A stretch of DNA of 64,000 bases from an uncultured bacterium (GTDB lineage: Bacteria > Edwardsbacteria > AC1 > EtOH8): the NCBI GenBank assembly GCA_963780225.1, contig CAWAAX010000009.1, positions 32,001 through 96,000 on the forward strand. Direction: 5' to 3'. The position numbers were made by a program, and so were the translations under genes. Positions 37,916 to 45,576 of this stretch are shown piece after piece. The notes beneath the pieces are model-generated. The model searched no databases and was not told where the DNA came from. It worked only from the letters and a program-made list of their open reading frames with translations. How positions within the stretch are numbered: position 1 is the first letter of the stretch; every line of letters begins with the position of its first letter.

Positions 37916-39133
37916 ATGGCACTGCACATCAAGGTAAAGGAATTTTACCGCAACGAACTGGTGGAACTGAAGAACGCCGATCTTTTCAAGGAGGAGCGCT
38001 ACATCCACACGCCCCAGGCGGCCAGCATCAAGGTGGAGTACCCGCCCAACTCGCCCCAGAAGGAGGTCATCAACTTCTGCGCCAACAACTACCTGGGGCT
38101 CTCCAGCCACCCGGCCATAGTGGCCGCGGCCCAGAAGGGCCTGGAGGAGCGGGGCTTTGGGCTGTCGTCGGTCCGGTTCATCTGCGGCACCCAGGACAAG
38201 CACAAGGAGCTGGAGCAGAAGATCTCCAAATTCTTGGGCATGGAGGACGCCATCCTGTACTCCTCCTGCTTCGACGCCAATCTGGGCGTGTTCGAGGCTC
38301 TTTTAGGCGAGGAGGACGCCCTGATCTCGGACGAGCTGAACCACGCCTCAATCATCGACGGCATCAGGCTTTGCAAGGCCGAGCGGCGCCGCTTTAAGCA
38401 CATGGACATGCACGACCTGGAAAACCATCTTAAGCAGACCATGAACAAGCGCTTCCGGATGATCGTCACCGACGGGGTCTTTTCCATGGACGGCGACCTG
38501 GCCCCGCTGGAGCAGATCTGCAACCTGGCCGAAGAGTACGAGGCCATGGTGCTGGTGGACGAGAGCCATGCCAGCGGGTTCGTGGGTCCCACCGGCCGCG
38601 GCACCCACCAGCATTTCGACGTGATGGGACGGGTGGACATCATCACCACCACCTTTGGCAAGGCGCTGGGCGGGGCCTCGGGTGGCTGCATCGCATCCAG
38701 CCAGGAGATCATCAATATCCTGCGCCAGCGCTCCCGGCCCTACCTGTTCTCCAACACCATCAGCCCGTCAGTAGTAGCCGCCACCATCAAGGCGATTGAA
38801 ATGATGCAGGGCTCCACCGCCCTCCGGGACAAGGTGATGAGCAATGCCCTGTACTTCAGACAGAATATGAAGGAGGCCGGGTTTGACATCCGGGTGGGGA
38901 TACACCCCATAGTGCCCATCATCCTGCACGAGGCCGAGATCGTCCAGCAGATGTCCCGGATGCTTTACGACGAGGGCATCTACGTGGTAGGATTCTTCTA
39001 CCCTGTGGTGCCGCGGGGCCGGGCCCGTATTCGGGTCCAGATATCAGCCGCCCACGAGCGGGAGCATCTGGACAAGGCCATTGCAGCATTTACAAAGGTC
39101 GGTAAACAACTGGGGGTACTGAAACCTAATTAA
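37916..39133 (+). CDS. kbl: Glycine C-acetyltransferase (copy 2, canonical motifs)
   Basis: FCANNYLGLS, YSSCFDAN, ISDELNHASIIDGIRLCKA, TFGKALGGASGG, RQRSRPYLFSN. Confidence 0.92.
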   Translation: MALHIKVKEFYRNELVELKNADLFKEERYIHTPQAASIKVEYPPNSPQKEVINFCANNYLGLSSHPAIVAAAQKGLEERGFGLSSVRFICGTQDKHKELEQKISKFLGMEDAILYSSCFDANLGVFEALLGEEDALISDELNHASIIDGIRLCKAERRRFKHMDMHDLENHLKQTMNKRFRMIVTDGVFSMDGDLAPLEQICNLAEEYEAMVLVDESHASGFVGPTGRGTHQHFDVMGRVDIITTTFGKALGGASGGCIASSQEIINILRQRSRPYLFSNTISPSVVAATIKAIEMMQGSTALRDKVMSNALYFRQNMKEAGFDIRVGIHPIVPIILHEAEIVQQMSRMLYDEGIYVVGFFYPVVPRGRARIRVQISAAHEREHLDKAIAAFTKVGKQLGVLKPN

Positions 39134-39324
39134 CCACAAAAGGCACAAAGGACACAAATATCACTATTCACAATTTACGATTCACGATTTGGTGTGGTGT
39201 CTCTGTGTTTCTATGGCGTTATAAGGCAACAAAATATTATAAATCTCTGTGCCTCTGTGTCTCTGTGGCTATATTCGGTTGCCATAATAGTAAACCTCTG
39301 ATCCTCTGTGGCGAAAGGTAAACT

Positions 39325-40320
39325 ATGATCTTCAAGAAATCTTATTCCTTCATAATCCTGCCGCATCACGGGGAGCAGGGAAAATCCGTGTTCTTCCACT
39401 CGCAGTGGCTGAACGCCCTTTTGCTCATCACCGTGGCGGGGCTGGGAGTATCCGGCTTTTTCATCGCCCGGCATTTGCTTTATCACCACAAGCTCAAGAC
39501 AGCCTTCGAGCCCACCTTCAAGGAGAACGAGGTCCTGCGGGAGGAGCGCAAGGGGTACGGCCAGGTCAAGGATTCCCTGTCCCAGGACATAACCTCGCTG
39601 CAGGCCCAGCTTAAAAAGGAGCGCTCGGTCTACCTGTCCTCGGTCAACGGCCTGGCCCGGGAGCTGGACAACCTCAAGAAACTGGCCATCAAGGTCAAGA
39701 TCCAATCCGGTTTCAAGTCATCCAACATTGTGGACGAGAACGAGGCGGCTGGTGGTCCGGTTGACGACCGGATCTACATAGGCTGGCAGGATGTTAACAA
39801 ACCCATAGATCCCGGTCCCTTGGAACAAAAGGTCCGTCCTGAGATAGGAGAACAAAATGTCGAACTCAAGGAGATCGACGCCTACCTTTCCACCAAGCAA
39901 TCCCTGGTCTCGGACACTCCGGAGCTGGCTCCGCTGTTCGGCCGGATGACCTCGGGCTTCGGGGTGCGGCGCTGGCGGCGTAGCGGGCATTCCGAGAACC
40001 ACGCCGGGCTGGACATAGCCGTGCCCAAGGGAACACCGGTCTATTCCCCGGCCGAGGCAGTGGTCATTTTTGCCGGGCGCAAGGGTGATTACGGCAAGAT
40101 GATAGAACTGGACCATGGAAATGGGTACACCACCAGGTTCGGGCACCTTTCGCTGATAGAAGTGGAGATCGGAGACAGGGTGATGAAGGGGCAGATCATA
40201 GGAGCAGTTGGTTCCACCGGCCGTTCGACTGGTCCACACCTGCATTACGAAGTGCGTTTTCAGGGCAAAGCCATTGATCCCATAGATTATTTAGGGTCTA
40301 TGGAACAAAAACAAAAATAG
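39325..40320 (+). CDS. M23 family metallopeptidase
   Basis: HAGLDI, FGHLS, STGPHLHYEV; TM segment and coiled coil. Confidence 0.9.
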   Translation: MIFKKSYSFIILPHHGEQGKSVFFHSQWLNALLLITVAGLGVSGFFIARHLLYHHKLKTAFEPTFKENEVLREERKGYGQVKDSLSQDITSLQAQLKKERSVYLSSVNGLARELDNLKKLAIKVKIQSGFKSSNIVDENEAAGGPVDDRIYIGWQDVNKPIDPGPLEQKVRPEIGEQNVELKEIDAYLSTKQSLVSDTPELAPLFGRMTSGFGVRRWRRSGHSENHAGLDIAVPKGTPVYSPAEAVVIFAGRKGDYGKMIELDHGNGYTTRFGHLSLIEVEIGDRVMKGQIIGAVGSTGRSTGPHLHYEVRFQGKAIDPIDYLGSMEQKQK

Positions 40321-40332
40321 TTAACATTTCAC

Positions 40333-40361
40333 TTGACATTAATCGTGTAATTTGTTATAGT
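40333..40361 (+). promoter_or_regulatory. sigma70-type promoter upstream of tRNA-Val
   Basis: TTGACA-17 nt-TATAGT. Confidence 0.65.
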
Positions 40362-40494
40362 GTAGACTGATAGGCTTTTAAGTATCATAAAATATTGCAT
40401 TTTTCATAAATTCGGTTTTGCGATATTGTCATATTTTAAGGGCTTACTAAAAGTTCTTTAAAATCGTTAGTAACATATTTACAACATTGGTATT

Positions 40495-40571
40495 GGGCGA
40501 TTAGCTCAGTTGGTTAGAGCGTCTGCTTTACACGCAGAAGGCCGGGGGTTCGAGCCCCTCATCGCCCACCA
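40495..40571 (+). tRNA. tRNA-Val(TAC)
   Basis: gggcgat acceptor / atcgccc-acca; D-arm agctcagttggttagagc; anticodon arm tctgc-tt-TAC-ac-gcaga; T-loop ggttcgagcc. Confidence 0.97.
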
Positions 40572-40859
40572 TATTTGTGCAAAACAATTGCATAATGCAA
40601 CATTTGCAGAAAACTCATAGGTTATCGTTATCAGTGATCTGGTATTTATTGGATATGAGCATCATCTTTGTTTAGGAGTATTTTAGCCAGGTTTCTTTTG
40701 AAATCAATTACTCTGTTTACTTCTCATTCGTAAATAAGAAACGATAGGATGTAATAGACTGTAAAACAAGGGGTTAATAGTATATCATCTAACGACTATT
40801 ATGCTATTCCCCTGAATTTATGGGATAATCGCTTTAACGGGTTTTTAAGACAGCATTAG

Positions 40860-40876
40860 TTGGCATTGATTATGCA
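40860..40876 (+). promoter_or_regulatory. Putative sigma54 (-24/-12) promoter
   Basis: TTGGCATTGATTATGCA, with GG-N10-GC spacing. Confidence 0.6.
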
Positions 40877-40899
40877 AGTATAATCAATAGAGATTTGAT

Positions 40900-41070
40900 A
40901 TGGAGATTATAGAAATAGGCAGAAACGACGGCTTGGTTTGGAAAAGGCTGAATCAAAAAGGTTCCCAAACCGATGCTAATTTAAAACAACTTACCGGACT
41001 TGATGACAAAAATTTATGTCTTGTCTTGGGGTGGCTGGCCAGGGAGGGGGGAATAAATTCCCGCTCTTAA
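40900..41070 (+). CDS. Small winged-helix protein, DUF2582-like, 56 aa (not in ORF track; possibly C-terminally truncated)
   Basis: MEIIEIGRNDGLVWKRL...LCLVLGWLAREGGI matches the IG..AG.VW / LGWLARE pattern. Confidence 0.65.
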   Translation: MEIIEIGRNDGLVWKRLNQKGSQTDANLKQLTGLDDKNLCLVLGWLAREGGINSRS

Positions 41071-41277
41071 AAAACAGCATCATGATAGATCTAAAATAGG
41101 CCTGGAAGAAAACCCGCCATCCTGATCAATGTAAGTTTTACATTCGGCAATTAATAGGGCGGGCTTTATTGTATAAAAACTGAAAGAATCAAGAAAAAAG
41201 GAGATGGCCAAATCATAGAGGAAATTTCAACCAACCAAGAAAATTAACCAATATTAATCTTAAAAGGAGAAAAACCA

Positions 41278-41814
41278 ATGAGGAAACTTCTACTGGCAAT
41301 CGTGGCAGTGGCTTTGTTCGCGGGAATGGCCATGGCGCAGCCAAGCGCAACCGGAACCATCAACATTAACGTTCCGGTGGGTGGTCGATTTTCCATCACT
41401 TTGGCCCCGGCTTCCGGATCCACCATCACTTACCCCACGCTGTATCCCGGGGATGTGGACGCTACCACCGGTGTGGTGGGGATCACCGTGCTCAGTAACT
41501 ACAAGAATACTACCTGGGGTTTACAGGTTCACCAGAACCAATTATTGACAGACGCCGCCATTACCGAGGCCATCCCCAGCGCCAGCTTTACCCATACCAG
41601 CACCGGCGGAACCGGGGGAACTCATTTAGATGCGACAGCCACCATCTTTACAACTACTACGGCTACCACGTTCTACACCTGCGGTCCCCTTGAGCAGCAA
41701 AACCTGCCGTTGGGATCTACTATCTCCCAAGCCATGCGGTTGGCGATCCCCAACAACCAGGCATCCGGAACATACATCAACACGCTGACCTATACCTTAA
41801 CTGCTCATCCGTAA
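41278..41814 (+). CDS. Secreted Thr-rich pilin-like/WxL-like subunit
   Basis: Sec signal (AMA-Q), N-terminal alternating strand TGTININVPV, C-terminus ASGTYINTLTYTLT; strong RBS and downstream hairpin. Confidence 0.6.
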   Translation: MRKLLLAIVAVALFAGMAMAQPSATGTININVPVGGRFSITLAPASGSTITYPTLYPGDVDATTGVVGITVLSNYKNTTWGLQVHQNQLLTDAAITEAIPSASFTHTSTGGTGGTHLDATATIFTTTTATTFYTCGPLEQQNLPLGSTISQAMRLAIPNNQASGTYINTLTYTLTAHP

Positions 41815-41974
41815 TTTTCCAGGGTCTGCACCAAACGGCGCGGCGGCTGCTTAACCATAGCGGCCGTTGCGCCTTTAGAGTTTTTTAGAACTTTATTTTT
41901 ACTTTTGGTAAGACAGAATTAACCTGATTTAACGGTGCTAATTTATCCCAAAAATGTAAATTCTTCCGGTTTTT

Positions 41975-43063
41975 ATGAAATACAAAGCAACACTATTTTT
42001 AGTTCTGATATTGTCAATAATATACCCGGCTCCTTTCACTGCATGGGGGCAGGGCAATATAGGCCTCAATGTCTGGCCTCCCAAGATAGAGCTCTCGGTA
42101 CTGCCGGGGGAAAGCCAGACCGGGGTCATAACAGTTCAAAACATCACCGCCTTTAAGCACAGGGTTTACGCCTATCCGCAAAATGTCAAAATGACGATTT
42201 CCGGAGATCTTGAATTCACCGAGGATTCGCTGGGTTATGGTTGTGTGGAATGGCTAAGCATCAATCCTTTGGAATTTGATCTGCCCCAGGGATCCACCCA
42301 GCAGGTCCGCTATACCATCAAAGTCCCCCTGGCGGCTGAAGGCAGCCACATCGGGGTGCTGTTCTTTCACACTAAGCCGCAATCGGCCATAAAAAGTACG
42401 GGATCGCAGATCACCGCCCGGGTGGGCACCATCATCATTGAAACCGTGCCCGGATCCGGGGAAAAGCAGGCCGAGGTGACCGGATTGGAGGTAAAGAAAC
42501 CTTTGGCCCGCGGGCCGGCGGTGGCCGAGCTGACCATAAAAAATAACGGCAGTATTTTGTTGCGACCGGAGGGAATTTTGGAGTTGAAAAACGACCGGGG
42601 ATTAACCCTGGGAAAAATAATGGTCAACGAAGTCCGGGAGGGTGTATTCCCGTATTCCCAACGGACCTACCGGTTGCCGCTGGAGAACATCGAACCGGGA
42701 CATTATTCCTTGGAAGCCACATTGGACTACGGCGGCGCCGAGATCCTAGTGGCCGAAGCCCGGGTGAACCTGATCGCCGACCAGGCCCAGTCAGATGCCT
42801 GGCCGATAATCAAATCCCCAACAACTCCCCAGTCCAAACAGGTCGCCAGGAAGGGCTCCACCGTCCAAAAGCCAAAGGCTTCTCCCCAGGAGATCCAAGC
42901 TCTTTACTCCCAGGGCACCAAGCTTTATACCGGTGGCGAATACCAGCAGGCCCTGGATATCTGGCGGAAGATCTTAAAGCTTGAACCCGGCAATGCCAAT
43001 GCTAAAAAGAACCTGGAACGGACCAGGCTAAAACTTGAGGCCCAAAAAAGGGCCAAAGGATAA
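41975..43063 (+). CDS. PapD/DUF916-like periplasmic chaperone with C-terminal TPR
   Basis: NVWPPKIEL...ITVQN, WLSINPLEFDL...QQVRYTIKVP, IKNNGSILLR; TPR tail. Confidence 0.65.
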   Translation: MKYKATLFLVLILSIIYPAPFTAWGQGNIGLNVWPPKIELSVLPGESQTGVITVQNITAFKHRVYAYPQNVKMTISGDLEFTEDSLGYGCVEWLSINPLEFDLPQGSTQQVRYTIKVPLAAEGSHIGVLFFHTKPQSAIKSTGSQITARVGTIIIETVPGSGEKQAEVTGLEVKKPLARGPAVAELTIKNNGSILLRPEGILELKNDRGLTLGKIMVNEVREGVFPYSQRTYRLPLENIEPGHYSLEATLDYGGAEILVAEARVNLIADQAQSDAWPIIKSPTTPQSKQVARKGSTVQKPKASPQEIQALYSQGTKLYTGGEYQQALDIWRKILKLEPGNANAKKNLERTRLKLEAQKRAKG

Positions 43064-45517
43064 ATGAGGAAAAGTTCCTTTAACATAATTATTCTATCAT
43101 CCCTGCTGACGATCATAGGGGTAACAGATGGTTTGGCCGACGACCGCCTGTTGATCACCTATTCCAATACGACCCAGGAGAATTTTTACGGCAGTTACCG
43201 CTATTACGACAGCCGCCATGGAGTGGATCTCAATCTTTTTAAGACGGCGGGGAATTTTGACCTGAAGGCAGACCTGGAATTTGGTTATACTCCATTCCTG
43301 GGGAGCTATGTCCGGAGTTTCAGCACCGGCATTGCCCGGTATCCCATTAAAAGCCTTAAGCTGAATCTCGATATGGGGAATTTCGTACCGTCCCTGCCAT
43401 ATACCAGCGGACTGAATAACAGCAATGTCCGGGGGATAAACTTAGGCCTTCAGGGCAGGCTTTGGGAGCTGAAAGCCTTTGGCGGTATACAGCCCGATTT
43501 TTACGATCAGTATATTAAACCCGGTACCCGTCAGATTTACGGGATGACTTTAAGGTATGACGTTTTATCCCGGCTGACCCTTAAACCGTATTTAATTTAT
43601 TCCCAAAGCAATCTGGCCGAAGATTCGCTTTCCCGGAAAACCAACTCGGGCGGCCTGGGGCTGGAGGTCAAACCCTGGAACTGGTTGGGCTGGGATATCA
43701 CCTTAGGGATGAACGACCGGGACCAGCAGATCCAGGGCACAGTATCCAACCTTAAAAGCTTATCGCTGACCACCGGGGCCAATCTTCGCTTTAAGCCGCT
43801 GACTCTGAATCTTGGTTATGATTATTCCGATCCCTTCTACCAAACTTCCAGTCTGCTGGGGCGGCAGGGACCCCGGGCCGGGATCTGGTGGCGGCCGGCG
43901 GGTTTTGTAAGCCTTAACGGCAACATCAATCAAAGCCGCCCGGTGGGCTCGGCCTTAAGCTACCGGACCGAATCCCTGCAGCGGGGACTGAGCGCCTCGC
44001 TGAATCTGCCCCGGATGCCTCTGATCAATCTGGAATATCAGCAGGGCGATCAGGACAACAGTTATCAGAATCAAAGCAGTTATCATTACCGCACGGTTAC
44101 CCAGGGAGCGCAACTTTCTAAGCGCTATCCCAAATTCGACTGGTCGTTGCGCTACCGGATGTCCGATAATCAGGAGCTTTCTCAAAACCTGCAGAAATTG
44201 ATCACCCAGAACATTGACGGCCGGGTCACCAGATTTTGGGGCGGACAAAGCGGCTGGCTTAATCTGGAACAGACGGCTTATTTTGACCATTTCAATGGAA
44301 CCAGCTCCCGTACCGGCTGGGGCAAATTGGGGACGGAAGGAAGATTTTATTCCTGGCTTACCCTGGGGGCTGAAGGGGGAGCGGGGTTGGAAAATCAAAG
44401 TGGGGGCAAAAGGCTTTTGTGGCAGCATTCATTGCAAACCAAAATGAACCTGCCTTGGAATTTTACCGCTCAGGGCTATTGGCGTAATAATCGCAATCTC
44501 AAAAAATTAGAAGACGGCCGGGACTACGACCAAAACACTTTCAGCTTTTCCATTTCCAAACGGATAGGGCTGGAAGGAACCAGTCTTGAGGGACAGGTAT
44601 TCAACGACATCAATCGTAATGGCCAGAGGGACCAGGACGAGCCGGGCCTTTCCCAGGTAAAACTTACCTTGAACAACGGGCAGGTGACCATGACCGATTC
44701 CAAGGGTAGTTACAGTTTTGACCAGGTCCGGTCCCGCCAGGCCAAGGTGGCGGTAGACATGGCAACCCTGTCGGCCGATTATAATCTGGTGGGCCAGAAC
44801 GAAGTGGTGGTGGCCACCGGAGGCTGGCGGGGCAACGTGGTCAATTTTGCCGTTACTTCGCTGGGAGGGATCAAGGGCCGGGTGTTTGTTGATGTCAACA
44901 GCAACGGGGTCTTTGATGACGGCGATTACGGGCTCTCGGGCGTGACCCTGTTGCTGCAGCCGGCCAACTTAAGCGCCGTTTCCAACGGAGGCGGAAATTT
45001 CCGCTTTTACAACGTGCCGGTGGGCAAGAATGAAGTGATGGTGGATTCCACCTCGGTGCCGGGAGAACTGGAACTGAAGACACGGGAGGGCAAACCGGTC
45101 TCCATCAGACAGGGCGAATTTGCCAACGGGCTGGAATTCTTTCTGGTTAAAAAAGAACGTAAGGTTAAAAAGGTAGTTTTTGGGGGCGAGAGCATGGTGA
45201 CGGTGGCAGCAGCTGCGACGATTCCTCCCCAGCCCCAAGCAGTGGTCCAGGCCAAACCGGCTCCGGGCAGTTCCAGGGTGACCACTCCCCGGCCAGGTTC
45301 GATGAAGGTTCCGGCGGTGTCCGGGCCAAAACTGTCTTCGTCCCAAATTGAGGCGCTCTATAAAGAAGGCTCCAAGCTGTTCTCTTCCGGGGATTATCAG
45401 GGATCGTTAAAAGCGTGGCAGAAGATACTGGCGGCCGATCCCGGTCATGCCAACGCCAAAAGGAATCTGGAACGGACCAGGCAAAAGCTGGAGGCCCAGC
45501 GAAAAGCCAAGAGTTGA
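43064..45517 (+). CDS. Probable outer-membrane beta-barrel (usher-like) with two SdrD_B-like domains and C-terminal TPR
   Basis: Signal peptide, long amphipathic beta region, GQVFNDINRNGQRDQDEPGL and GRVFVDVNSNGVFDDGDYGL, Pro-rich linker, TPR tail. Confidence 0.6.
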   Translation: MRKSSFNIIILSSLLTIIGVTDGLADDRLLITYSNTTQENFYGSYRYYDSRHGVDLNLFKTAGNFDLKADLEFGYTPFLGSYVRSFSTGIARYPIKSLKLNLDMGNFVPSLPYTSGLNNSNVRGINLGLQGRLWELKAFGGIQPDFYDQYIKPGTRQIYGMTLRYDVLSRLTLKPYLIYSQSNLAEDSLSRKTNSGGLGLEVKPWNWLGWDITLGMNDRDQQIQGTVSNLKSLSLTTGANLRFKPLTLNLGYDYSDPFYQTSSLLGRQGPRAGIWWRPAGFVSLNGNINQSRPVGSALSYRTESLQRGLSASLNLPRMPLINLEYQQGDQDNSYQNQSSYHYRTVTQGAQLSKRYPKFDWSLRYRMSDNQELSQNLQKLITQNIDGRVTRFWGGQSGWLNLEQTAYFDHFNGTSSRTGWGKLGTEGRFYSWLTLGAEGGAGLENQSGGKRLLWQHSLQTKMNLPWNFTAQGYWRNNRNLKKLEDGRDYDQNTFSFSISKRIGLEGTSLEGQVFNDINRNGQRDQDEPGLSQVKLTLNNGQVTMTDSKGSYSFDQVRSRQAKVAVDMATLSADYNLVGQNEVVVATGGWRGNVVNFAVTSLGGIKGRVFVDVNSNGVFDDGDYGLSGVTLLLQPANLSAVSNGGGNFRFYNVPVGKNEVMVDSTSVPGELELKTREGKPVSIRQGEFANGLEFFLVKKERKVKKVVFGGESMVTVAAAATIPPQPQAVVQAKPAPGSSRVTTPRPGSMKVPAVSGPKLSSSQIEALYKEGSKLFSSGDYQGSLKAWQKILAADPGHANAKRNLERTRQKLEAQRKAKS

Positions 45518-45531
45518 GTTTAAAAAATGCA

Positions 45532-45566
45532 GAAAGCCCCCCCGCCTTTGGCGGGGGGGCTTTTTT
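45532..45566. terminator. Bidirectional terminator between convergent operons
   Basis: gaaagccccccc-gcc-ttt-ggc-ggggggctttttt. Confidence 0.8.
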
Positions 45567-45576
45567 GTCAATGAGA

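Noticed and set aside
40495..45570. Integrative element at tRNA-Val
   Set aside because: No integrase and no duplicate of the tRNA 3' end found in the window.
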